A stretch of DNA of 35,609 nucleotides from a virus, in UHGV virus genome UHGV-0211441. One strand, 5' to 3'. The notes under the pieces are model-generated. The model saw only the letters and a program-made list of their open reading frames with translations, had not been told where the DNA came from and searched no databases. This document shows positions 19,021-26,929 of the stretch, one piece after another. Each line of letters begins with the position of its first letter. The first letter of the stretch is position 1. The translations under genes were made by a program, and so were the position numbers.

Positions 19021-19037
19021 TAGTCAGGATTCCGACC
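19021..19037 (+). repeat. Copy 2 (degenerate) of the hairpin motif: TAGTCAGGATTCCGACC
   Basis: 14 of 16 positions match the other copies. Lies in the divergent region between the antisense moron and the terminase genes. Confidence 0.7.
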
Positions 19038-19084
19038 TTTGAAAGAATACATCATAGCCCTATGGATAACCACGGGGCTTTTTT

Positions 19085-19432
19085 ATGCATTCAGATTACA
19101 AAACTCGCCTTACTGCTCTTAGCGATAAGCTCACCGATGTAGTTCTGGAAGAAGCCGATCCGGACAACTGGCCGGGGGCAGGGAAGGAAATCACAAAGCA
19201 CACCAAACAGGAACGCGGCGATCGGTACTGGCATAAGAAGAATGCGGCTGCATCGCTAACTCTGCTGGTAAAAGTCCATTCACTTATTGGTATGCATACT
19301 CGCGGAGGCACGCCGAAGCCCGGCGGAGAAGATCCGGACGATGAAGCGTTCCAGTTAGGTCAGCAGGTAGCAGCTGCTGAGCGTAAAGCGCTGGAAGTCA
19401 TCGAGAGGATACAGCACAAAGGCAAAAAATGA
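19085..19432 (+). CDS. Candidate terminase small subunit (T7 gp18-like)
   Basis: 115 aa. Its stop overlaps the terL start (ATGA). No strong SD. Confidence 0.4.
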   Translation: MHSDYKTRLTALSDKLTDVVLEEADPDNWPGAGKEITKHTKQERGDRYWHKKNAAASLTLLVKVHSLIGMHTRGGTPKPGGEDPDDEAFQLGQQVAAAERKALEVIERIQHKGKK

Positions 19433-21039
19433 TTTCGTTCCTGGCCTTCTTTTTGATGTGGGCGGAACGGATGAACTGGGATGTGCCGGACTGCCACTAT
19501 AAAGCCTGCCACTGGCTGGAGCATCGCGGAAACCTCGCGGTGCTTCGCTGTTTTCGTGGCTTTGGTAAATCAACCATCCTGGGTGTTTATAACGCCTGGC
19601 GGTATTACTGCGATCGCCAGTACCGTATTCTGCATCAGTCTGAATCCGACACAACCGCCAGAAAGACCAGCCGCGATACACAAAACGTTCTGCGCAATCA
19701 TCCTCTGACGAAAGGCATGTTGCCGGACGGCATCGGTACCATCGAGCAATGGTGGGTAAACGGCGCGCTGGATATGCGTAACGCCAGCATGTTCGCGAAA
19801 GGCATTCTGTCGAACGTCACCGGCGCCCGTGCCAACGAATGCCAGAATGATGACGTGGAAGTGCCCGGCAATATCCAGACCCCGGAGGCTCGAGAAAAAC
19901 TGCGCTATCGCCTGAGTGAGCAGACGCATATTTTGATACCCGGAGGCCGGAAATTGTTTATCGGTACGCCGCATACACACGATAGCCTTTACGACGAGAA
20001 AGAAGCAGAGGGCGCTGATTGCCTGACGATAAAGCTATTCGATAAAGAGCACCGCGTCGAGGCGAAGAAGGCAACCAAAAAACGATACCGGATACCGTTC
20101 CGCCCGGAATATGTTTTCGTGGGTATCCACAAGGCCGCCCGGTTATTGATCGAGGGTACTGATTATCGATTGACGGAAGACGGTGTAGAGTTCGCGGCGC
20201 CGCCTGAAACTGTCGTGGATTTTTATGCCGGCTGCGCGTGGCCAGGCCGTTTCGATCATGATGAATTACTGCTGCGCCGTAAAGAGTGCCGCACCGTCAA
20301 CGAATGGGATAGCCAGTACCAGTTGCACAGTAAACCGGTTGGCGAGGTTCGCCTCGATCCCGACCGTATTCGCGAGTACAACGTCCAGCCTGAAATTCGT
20401 TACGCGAACCGTTCCTGCTCGATGTGGCTGGGCCAGACGCAAATCGTCGGTGCTGTCGCCTGGTGGGATGTGGCCACCGGCAAAGTTAAGGCCGATGCTT
20501 CGGCATTTTCCCTTATTTTCACCGATGCCCGCGGGCATCTTTACTGGCACGTTTGCCAGGGATTAACTGGTGAGCTGGCAGAGTTTGACGACAACGACAA
20601 AATCACCGGCGGTCAGGTAATGCAGATTAAAGAGCTGGTGCTGAAGTACCAGATCCCGCTGGTCTGTGTAGAAGTAAACGGCCCCGGCAGTTTCGCCGGG
20701 AAGTTGCTTATTCAGGCCCTGAAGGGTACCGGCTGCGGCGTACGGGAAGAATTCAGCGTCACCAACAAACAAAAACGCATCCTCGATGCATTCGAAGCGC
20801 CGCTGTCGTCCCGGTTCCTGTGGGCGCATACCGATGTGCTAGATGGCCCGATGTATGACCAGATGCGCGATTTTAACCCGGCGTTAACTAACCAACCAGA
20901 CGACTTTATTGATTCGGGATCCGGTGCGATCAGCGCTACACCTGTACGTATCGGGAAATTAGTCGGGATTCCGACCGCGCAGGCGAGGGAGCATTGGCAG
21001 CCATATGATGGCGACATTTCGGTCGCTGTAGATTACTAG
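19429..21039 (+). CDS. Terminase large subunit (T7 gp19-like)
   Basis: 536 aa. Walker A CFRGFGKST; family assigned from motif recognition. Confidence 0.8.
   Translation: MISFLAFFLMWAERMNWDVPDCHYKACHWLEHRGNLAVLRCFRGFGKSTILGVYNAWRYYCDRQYRILHQSESDTTARKTSRDTQNVLRNHPLTKGMLPDGIGTIEQWWVNGALDMRNASMFAKGILSNVTGARANECQNDDVEVPGNIQTPEAREKLRYRLSEQTHILIPGGRKLFIGTPHTHDSLYDEKEAEGADCLTIKLFDKEHRVEAKKATKKRYRIPFRPEYVFVGIHKAARLLIEGTDYRLTEDGVEFAAPPETVVDFYAGCAWPGRFDHDELLLRRKECRTVNEWDSQYQLHSKPVGEVRLDPDRIREYNVQPEIRYANRSCSMWLGQTQIVGAVAWWDVATGKVKADASAFSLIFTDARGHLYWHVCQGLTGELAEFDDNDKITGGQVMQIKELVLKYQIPLVCVEVNGPGSFAGKLLIQALKGTGCGVREEFSVTNKQKRILDAFEAPLSSRFLWAHTDVLDGPMYDQMRDFNPALTNQPDDFIDSGSGAISATPVRIGKLVGIPTAQAREHWQPYDGDISVAVDY
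20961..20981 (+). repeat. Copy 3 of the hairpin motif AGTCGGGATTCCGACCGCGCA, inside the 3' end of terL and 76 bp upstream of the tailspike gene
   Basis: Identical over 20 bp to copy 1. Confidence 0.8.
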
Positions 21040-21056
21040 CCGCCGGAGCTTCCCTT

Positions 21057-23435
21057 ATGTCGGTACCTAACCAGACCCCCTATAACATTTATACTGCGAA
21101 TGGTCTTACGACTGTTTTCACGTATGAGTTTTATATCATCAGCGCCAGCGACCTGCAGGTGAGCATAAACGGAGACGTTGTTACCAGTGGGTACACCGTT
21201 GCAGGTGTAGGCAATAAGGACGGCGGCGATATTACCTTTCTGACACCACCGGCAAACGGTGCCGTCGTCATGCTTGAACGTGTGGTGCCAACGTACCGAC
21301 TCACTGATTACCAGGACAACGGCGATCTGCTGGCGGATACCGTTAACAAGGATTTTGACCGTATCTGGATGGCTATCCAGAGAGCTTTTATCGATCTTGG
21401 TTTCGCACTGACGCGTCCGATTTTTGGCGGGCCGTTCAATGCAAAAGGTTACCGTATTGCTAATCTTGGCGACCCGGTAGACCCGCAGGATGCAGTTACA
21501 AAAAAATGGTATCAGGAACAAAATTCTTTAAGTCTCACAAGGACGCTTCGGGTACCAAAAAATGAGGCGCTAACCCAGCTCCCGCCGGCTCATCTGCGTA
21601 AAGGTAAAGTACAGGCATACGATGCGGCAACGGGTGATAGCTTGCCTGTGTTCCCGGGTAGCATTGACTGGCAAACGGCGCTTAATTTGCAAAGCGCTGA
21701 CGGCTTAAAATATATCGGTCGCTGTCCATCTATTGAGGCTCTTCGTGGTATCGAACCGACGAAGATACAGCAGAAAATTGATGTAGCTGAATACTTCCCC
21801 GGCTTAGGTTGTGGCGGTGGGTATTTTGAGTATGACCATCTGGACGAGGAAAGTATCGACGATGGCGGAAGTGTTATTGTCACCAGCGGCGGTGCCCGAT
21901 GGAAACGAGTAACAGATCAGTTACTGCCGGTTCATTTTGGTGCTAAGCCAGGAAACACAGATGACTCTACAGACGCCATACTGCGTTACGCTGCAGCTTC
22001 GGAAGGTAAGACCGTAGATTTCCGTGGCAGCTACTGGACAATTTCCTCAACCCTCGATTTAACGAAGGTTGCCAGAATTATCAGCGATACATCAGGGATT
22101 TTTAAAGTAAACCCGGTTGGCTTTAATGGCGACTACGCAATCACTATAGGTAATCCAAATTTACCTTATGGTGAAGGCAGAGCTAATCGCGTCGTAGTTG
22201 TCGGCAGTCTTTATGTTGATGCACTCAACCGTGATGCAGCGCTGCACGGTGTTTATTTAAAAGGGCAGTGGCTTAATATTGGTCATATTCGTGCCAGTGG
22301 TTTTAATGGAATAGGTATTCACAGGGAAGCAATATGGGATTCTACCTTCCTGCGCTTGCAGACTGAACTTTGCGGCAATACATCTAACTATGCCTATTAT
22401 TCTACGGGAGGCGGTGACACCGATAATACAAACCATGTTGTGTCTATGCAGGTAGAACAGTCATACGACAAAGCGATTTATGCATCTGGTATCAGGGATG
22501 TTATTCATAACATTCACTGTGAAAGAACTTATATCACGACTACAGAGGCGGGTGACACTACGATCGCCGGTTTAAATTATATTACTTGTCGCTTTAATCT
22601 AGGTAACTCCGTTATCGGTCAGGCTGTCATTGATGCATCACCGAAAGCAACTGCACCAGACGGAACACCGACGGTTTCGACAGTACCCTCAGTAGTGATG
22701 ACGATGGATTTTTCTGACGTCAGAACAATTGCTGCGCCGGGTGCGGTGGTCTCCTGTGACTTTGGGCGTTCGACTACATACGGCGGCCTGGTTGCCGGGG
22801 ATATCATTATTGCAGAACCTGCGTCTAAAATTACGCTGGAATCCCCGAGGGCAACAGGCACGTTGCAGGTAGGGTCTGAAATTATCGTTAATAACCCGGA
22901 TGTGGCGACATTCAGACCGCGCGCGAATGCGCTTGGCGTTCAGATCAATAGTGGCGTAATAGGCACATTGCTGTTTAATAATAACTATCGTGGAAATATT
23001 ACTTTTAATAACGTCACGGTAACTAATCCAGTAGGGGATTTACGCGCACCGGCGGGTTCAGGTTCAGCAACATCCATTGGGGCTTTATATGCCCCTGTGA
23101 CTTTTAACGAATGCACCTTATCAACAGTGAACGGTGCTTTTGGGTCGAGGGCGGTATTTAAAGGCGGGAGGATTGGTACGGTTGCGCTGAGTTCGCAAGC
23201 TGCTTTCGAATTTTACGATATTAATATCGGTGTCTTTGGCTTTTCTGAAAACAGAGCATTTATAACCCGTGGTGTAAAAGCCGATGTAGTGAATAGCTGG
23301 AATTATCCAGCGCATTATCAATGGCCTGCCGGCGCGATATCAGAACGAATTGGGAAAATTAATTCCGGAGATGGTGTTGTATATCTGAGTAAAGATAGCG
23401 CAACAATCAACTGGGCACCTGTAGTGTCTGCATGA
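21057..23435 (+). CDS. Tailspike/tail fibre: T7 gp17-like N-terminal adaptor domain plus large C-terminal receptor-binding domain (possible beta-helical polysaccharide depolymerase)
   Basis: 792 aa. The N-terminal ~150 aa align with the T7 gp17 N-terminal region (recalled from memory, motif-level only). The C-terminus is Gly/Thr/Asn-rich, typical of beta-helix spikes. Confidence 0.75.
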   Translation: MSVPNQTPYNIYTANGLTTVFTYEFYIISASDLQVSINGDVVTSGYTVAGVGNKDGGDITFLTPPANGAVVMLERVVPTYRLTDYQDNGDLLADTVNKDFDRIWMAIQRAFIDLGFALTRPIFGGPFNAKGYRIANLGDPVDPQDAVTKKWYQEQNSLSLTRTLRVPKNEALTQLPPAHLRKGKVQAYDAATGDSLPVFPGSIDWQTALNLQSADGLKYIGRCPSIEALRGIEPTKIQQKIDVAEYFPGLGCGGGYFEYDHLDEESIDDGGSVIVTSGGARWKRVTDQLLPVHFGAKPGNTDDSTDAILRYAAASEGKTVDFRGSYWTISSTLDLTKVARIISDTSGIFKVNPVGFNGDYAITIGNPNLPYGEGRANRVVVVGSLYVDALNRDAALHGVYLKGQWLNIGHIRASGFNGIGIHREAIWDSTFLRLQTELCGNTSNYAYYSTGGGDTDNTNHVVSMQVEQSYDKAIYASGIRDVIHNIHCERTYITTTEAGDTTIAGLNYITCRFNLGNSVIGQAVIDASPKATAPDGTPTVSTVPSVVMTMDFSDVRTIAAPGAVVSCDFGRSTTYGGLVAGDIIIAEPASKITLESPRATGTLQVGSEIIVNNPDVATFRPRANALGVQINSGVIGTLLFNNNYRGNITFNNVTVTNPVGDLRAPAGSGSATSIGALYAPVTFNECTLSTVNGAFGSRAVFKGGRIGTVALSSQAAFEFYDINIGVFGFSENRAFITRGVKADVVNSWNYPAHYQWPAGAISERIGKINSGDGVVYLSKDSATINWAPVVSA

Positions 23436-23443
23436 GGATAGTT

Positions 23444-23656
23444 ATGGAAATTGTAAAATCTGAGAATGGTTACGTTGTGCGTGAAAACGGTCAGTGGAAG
23501 GAGGGGTGTTACGAAACTGAAGAGGTAGCAGAATTAGCGGTAACAAATTTATCCGACATGGATCTATCCCAGCTTTGGATGCTTGTTCTTATGGATAACA
23601 GAAAAGCCATAACGATGGCTGATTATGAAAGTTATATCAGCACCATGCAGCAGTAA
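23444..23656 (+). CDS. Hypothetical small acidic protein downstream of the tailspike
   Basis: Start chosen at MEIVKSENG with a GAGGA SD sequence. The tool ORF begins 12 nt earlier. Confidence 0.4.
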   Translation: MEIVKSENGYVVRENGQWKEGCYETEEVAELAVTNLSDMDLSQLWMLVLMDNRKAITMADYESYISTMQQ

Positions 23657-23667
23657 TTGAATTAGAT

Positions 23668-23683
23668 AGTCGGGATTCCGACC
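23668..23683 (+). repeat. Copy 4 of the hairpin motif AGTCGGGATTCCGACC, followed by a nested inverted-repeat structure (23690..23738)
   Basis: Exact match to the core. Downstream lie GCCTTACCC...GGGTAAGGC 9-bp arms enclosing an ATCACT...AGTGAT inner palindrome. Confidence 0.8.
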
Positions 23684-23739
23684 TGTTTAACGCCTTACCC
23701 TCACATCACTACACACAGTGATCCCCGTGGGGGTAAGGC

Positions 23740-23970
23740 ATGCGAATGAAGAATTTGCCGGATGTGGCGGCGGGAGCGTCGTATATAACATCCACCGTTA
23801 GTGGCAGCTACTGGTTGCTGCAACTTCTCGATAAGGTAAGTCCGAGCCAGTGGGCAGCTATCGGTGTTCTGGGTAGCCTTTTCTTTGGGCTGCTTACCTA
23901 CCTCACAAATTTGTACTTCAAAATCAAAGACCGACGAAAAAAGGCACAGGGCTATGAGCAACAAAGCTAA
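23740..23970 (+). CDS. Pinholin, phage 21 S21-like (class II holin, dual-start MRM)
   Basis: [41 protein letters not shown] is near-identical in pattern to S21. Two TMDs and a charged C-terminus. Confidence 0.85.
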   Translation: MRMKNLPDVAAGASYITSTVSGSYWLLQLLDKVSPSQWAAIGVLGSLFFGLLTYLTNLYFKIKDRRKKAQGYEQQS

Positions 23971-24490
23971 GTTCAGTGCCGCAATGCTGGCACTCCTGGC
24001 CGCCGGTGCGTCAGCGCCGGTACTGTTCGATCAGTTTATAGGTGAACGCGAGGGTAACACGCTAACGGCGGTTATCGATCCCGGTGGGGTTTGGTCAATA
24101 TGCCGGGGGGTAACGCGCATCGATGGCCGCCCGGTAGTGAAAGGAATGAAGTTAACGCAGCGCCAGTGTGACCATTACAACGCGATCGAACGCGATAAGG
24201 CGCTGGCATGGGTACAAAAGAATGTTCACGTTCCGCTAACTGAGCCGCAGAAAGTCGGCATTGCCAGCTTTTGCCCGTACAACATCGGGCCGGGTAAATG
24301 CTTCCCTTCGACGTTTTATCGCAAGCTGAATGCCGGCGACCGCAAAGGGGCATGTGCTGAGATACGGCGCTGGGTATTCGATGGCGGCCGGGATTGCCGG
24401 TTAACGAAAGGGCAGGCCAACGGCTGTTACGGGCAGGTTGACCGCCGTGATCAGGAAAGTGCGCTGACGTGCTGGGGGCTTTACGAATGA
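23954..24490 (+). CDS. SAR endolysin (T4-lysozyme-family muramidase, R21-like)
   Basis: N-terminal weakly hydrophobic Ala/Gly-rich SAR domain ([18 protein letters not shown]). Catalytic E-x8-D-x5-T region [22 protein letters not shown]. Overlaps the holin 3' end. Confidence 0.85.
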   Translation: MSNKAKFSAAMLALLAAGASAPVLFDQFIGEREGNTLTAVIDPGGVWSICRGVTRIDGRPVVKGMKLTQRQCDHYNAIERDKALAWVQKNVHVPLTEPQKVGIASFCPYNIGPGKCFPSTFYRKLNAGDRKGACAEIRRWVFDGGRDCRLTKGQANGCYGQVDRRDQESALTCWGLYE

Positions 24491-24846
24491 ATGGCAACGC
24501 GAAATTACTTATTGCGGGGATATCGCTGGCGCTGGTCGCTGGCATTTTCTGGGCGGGATATTTGAAAGGCTGGTATGCGCATTCTGAGCACGTTAATAGC
24601 CAGGCGAAGACGCGGGAAAAGAAGCAAGAAAAAGCTGTAGCAGCTGGCGAACAGAAGGCGGCGACAGCGAGCGCTGAAGCCAAAGTGATTTACCGTACTG
24701 TTTATCGTGATGTGGTGAAATATGTCAACGACCCGAATCATACTAAGTGCCAGTTTGATCCTGCTGCTGTGCAGCTGCGCCAGCGAGCAATCGACGCGGC
24801 CAACAATATCCCCGGATTTGATGAACCCGCCATGCAAACTAAGTAA
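24487..24846 (+). CDS. Rz-like i-spanin
   Basis: N-terminal TMD (LLIAGISLALVAGIFWAGYL), coiled-coil periplasmic domain, ATGA overlap with the endolysin stop. Confidence 0.7.
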   Translation: MNGNAKLLIAGISLALVAGIFWAGYLKGWYAHSEHVNSQAKTREKKQEKAVAAGEQKAATASAEAKVIYRTVYRDVVKYVNDPNHTKCQFDPAAVQLRQRAIDAANNIPGFDEPAMQTK

Positions 24847-24961
24847 CGCAGGTTCAGATAGTGATGCTGACCTGCTGGCCGATACTCAGACGGCTGAGTG
24901 CGGGCAGGAGTTGCGCACCAACATCTATCGTTGGCAATCTTGGTACCGCGCGACTGAATAA
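24722..24961 (+). CDS. Rz1-like o-spanin lipoprotein, overlapped (+1 frame) with Rz
   Basis: Lipobox L-C-S-C after a hydrophobic signal. Pro-rich mature region. Begins inside Rz and extends beyond it. Confidence 0.6.
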   Translation: MSTTRIILSASLILLLCSCASEQSTRPTISPDLMNPPCKLSNAGSDSDADLLADTQTAECGQELRTNIYRWQSWYRATE

Positions 24962-25099
24962 TTTTTGCTTATTTGGCTGTTATTCTGTCAGAAGATGGTG
25001 GCTGGAAATGGAGTAAGTAACTGATTGTTATAAGCTCAAATAATGCTCTATGTTCGGATTAAAATTGTATGTGATTGATAATTATATCTTTCACGACCA

Positions 25100-25155
25100 A
25101 TTTAAAATCCCTCGGCGTTCGCGCTGTGTGGGTTCAAGTCCCACTCCGGGTACCA
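25100..25155 (+). other. attP-like core: 3' ~56 nt of a tRNA-Leu (leuX-like: anticodon loop through T-arm, acceptor 3' strand and CCA); no 5' half present
   Basis: ATTTAAAATCCCTCGGCGTTCGCGCTGTGTGGGTTCAAGTCCCACTCCGGGTACCA matches the 3' portion of enterobacterial leuX tRNA as recalled from memory. No complementary 5' acceptor strand (ACCCGGA) is upstream. It lies between the lysis genes and int. Confidence 0.7.
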
Positions 25156-25197
25156 TTGGGATAAAGTAGAATAATCAAAGCAATAAGCAGTGTCGTG

Positions 25198-25220
25198 AAA
25201 CCACCTCCGGGTGGTTTTTT
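25198..25220 (+). terminator. Rho-independent terminator (AAACCACC-TCCG-GGTGGTTT + TTTTTT) just downstream of the tRNA fragment
   Basis: Seen directly. Confidence 0.5.
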
Positions 25221-25284
25221 CATTTCTGAAGCGTCATTTCCGAAGATGCGTCCGAAGATTGTTTTTCTACGAACGCATAGCGAT

Positions 25285-26301
25285 TCATTTTTTCTGACCG
25301 CCAACAACCGGCACAATTTTAGTTTTCCTGTCATATATCGCCGTTTGTCTCGAATTCTTATGACCAGAAATTGCCTGCTTCTCCTCGAGGCTTCCTTCCA
25401 GATCAGAGACACCTTTAGCCTTCAGATCGTGAAATGTGAAATCTATCTGCAGGTGTGGGTACTTCTCCTGTGCTGCAATTTTGGCTTCGCGCCAGCGTGA
25501 ATTAAAACCGTCGCGAGTGTATTTACTGCCGCTGGTCTGGTGAATGACGAACAGGCTACGGATACCCGACTTTAACGGCAGGGAACGGGCGAGGGCGACG
25601 GCAGCGCGGAGACGTGGCGACCATGCCTTGATTTGCTTCACTCCTGTTTTCCCCTGGCGGATAAATATCCCGGTTTCCCGTATCTGGTCTTCAGTTAAAG
25701 CCAGCACATCGCTTTGTCTGGCCAGACACAAATAAGCTATTTCCATGGTGGCGCGCACTACGTCAGGAGCAACATCGTAAACCGCTTTGTATTCTTCGTC
25801 GGTGATGTAACGCTCTCGGGCTGTCTCTTTGAACTTCTTAACGCCCTGGCAGGGATTGTGCTGGACGTAACCCCGCTCGTAACCCCAGCGGAATACCCTC
25901 GAAAGAAAACTCTTTTCCCGGTTGGCCTGCGTTTTACTGGCAATGCCTCGTTGATCCATATATCGCCGGATGTGTTCAGGTTTAATTTTATCAGGGTTAA
26001 CTTTCCCGAATACTGGCAATACTTTTCCTGCGTATTTCGTATAGTCTTTTCTGGTTTCTGCCGCTAAATCCTGCCAGTCCGGGGACGCCATAAACTGTTC
26101 TGTGAGCGCCTGGAACGTTTTCCTTTCCGTCACTTCACCTACAGCTTTTTCATATGCCAGCCATACAGCGGATTGTGGTTCATTTAACCCACACAGGCGG
26201 ATCCCTTTGTTGTCTTTCGTACGGAATTCAAATGCAGCCTTTCCCCGGTATACTCGCGGGGGCATCCAGCTATCGGCAGGATTCTTTCGCTTTCCGGCCA
26301 T
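25285..26301 (-). CDS. Tyrosine integrase, lambda-Int family (N-terminal arm-type DNA-binding domain)
   Basis: 338 aa from MAGKRKNPADSWMPPRVYRGK. The N-terminus parallels the lambda Int arm-binding domain. C-terminal HDLKAKG...IYDR region carries the catalytic His and Tyr. Adjacent to the tRNA-fragment att core. Confidence 0.9.
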   Translation of the reverse strand: MAGKRKNPADSWMPPRVYRGKAAFEFRTKDNKGIRLCGLNEPQSAVWLAYEKAVGEVTERKTFQALTEQFMASPDWQDLAAETRKDYTKYAGKVLPVFGKVNPDKIKPEHIRRYMDQRGIASKTQANREKSFLSRVFRWGYERGYVQHNPCQGVKKFKETARERYITDEEYKAVYDVAPDVVRATMEIAYLCLARQSDVLALTEDQIRETGIFIRQGKTGVKQIKAWSPRLRAAVALARSLPLKSGIRSLFVIHQTSGSKYTRDGFNSRWREAKIAAQEKYPHLQIDFTFHDLKAKGVSDLEGSLEEKQAISGHKNSRQTAIYDRKTKIVPVVGGQKK

Positions 26302-26533
26302 CGAATATAGCTCCAAAATCAGGTTCGTCATTTTCGTGCGTTATCTCTTCCTTCTGGCCGCGGTACTTGATCGGGTTCAGGAAGTGGCCCCATGTGGTTT
26401 TAGGGTGGCCATCTGCTCTTTCCATGAAGAAGATGCCGGCCCGGCGCAGCGCCTCACATTGTTTTGATTTAAGTGGCGTCCCCGTCAGCTCGATCATTTC
26501 CTCTCTGGTTATGATGTCGTGATCGTGTCTCAT
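26270..26533 (-). CDS. Excisionase (lambda Xis-like winged helix)
   Basis: 87 aa. ITREEMIELTG...QCEALRRAGIFFMERADGHPKTTW parallels the lambda Xis winged-helix pattern (lambda Xis sequence quoted from memory). Overlaps the int start by ~30 nt. Uses the GAGGAAAGACCATG cassette. Confidence 0.6.
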   Translation of the reverse strand: MRHDHDIITREEMIELTGTPLKSKQCEALRRAGIFFMERADGHPKTTWGHFLNPIKYRGQKEEITHENDEPDFGAIFDGRKAKESCR

Positions 26534-26693
26534 GGTCTTTCCTCAGCATGCCGGCTATAGCGTTGTCTGCTGTATCGCAAGCGCGCTGGATATCGGACTG
26601 GGTCAGAGTCCTCTTTCTAACGCTGGCTGATAGCCTGCCAATTTTGATATCGAATTCTGAAAGTAAAACTACACCTGGTTGCCAACGTAGCAT
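26469..26693 (-). CDS. Hypothetical small protein (74 aa), overlaps xis 5' end in another frame
   Basis: ATG with GGAG at -10. The 64-nt overlap with xis makes it uncertain. Confidence 0.25.
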   Translation of the reverse strand: MLRWQPGVVLLSEFDIKIGRLSASVRKRTLTQSDIQRACDTADNAIAGMLRKDHETRSRHHNQRGNDRADGDAT

Positions 26694-26742
26694 TGTGATC
26701 TCCGGTTTATTGGTAGACCACAATGCTATCGGTAGTGATGGG

Positions 26743-26928
26743 TTATTTCTGATTACGCTTAATCAGGTTTTGTTTCGGTCGGAATGCGCCATCTTCACGC
26801 GTTATTTTGATATTGCGAGGGAAGTGCATGCCGAGTTCGCAACGGGCCCGCGCTTCGATAATTGCATTGGTTCCATCTGGTAAAACGACATGAACCGCAT
26901 CACCTTTCTTCAGGGATAGTCTCAGCAT
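26743..26928 (-). CDS. Hypothetical small protein (62 aa)
   Basis: ATG one nt after the upstream gene's stop (TAATATG). KGDAVHVVLPDGT segment; no confident family. Confidence 0.35.
   Translation of the reverse strand: MLRLSLKKGDAVHVVLPDGTNAIIEARARCELGMHFPRNIKITREDGAFRPKQNLIKRNQK
26748..26765. repeat. 18-bp dyad element TCTGATTACGCTTAATCA, copy A (identical copy B at 31501..31518)
   Basis: Exact 18-bp identity between two sites ~4.7 kb apart. Internal inverted repeat TGATTA-CGCT-TAATCA. Confidence 0.8.
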
Positions 26929-26929
26929 A

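Noticed and set aside
25060-25160. Possible complete tRNA-Leu gene
   Set aside because: Only the anticodon loop through the CCA end (~56 nt) matches a tRNA. No complementary 5' acceptor strand, D-arm or anticodon 5' stem lies upstream, so it is an att-site fragment rather than a functional tRNA.
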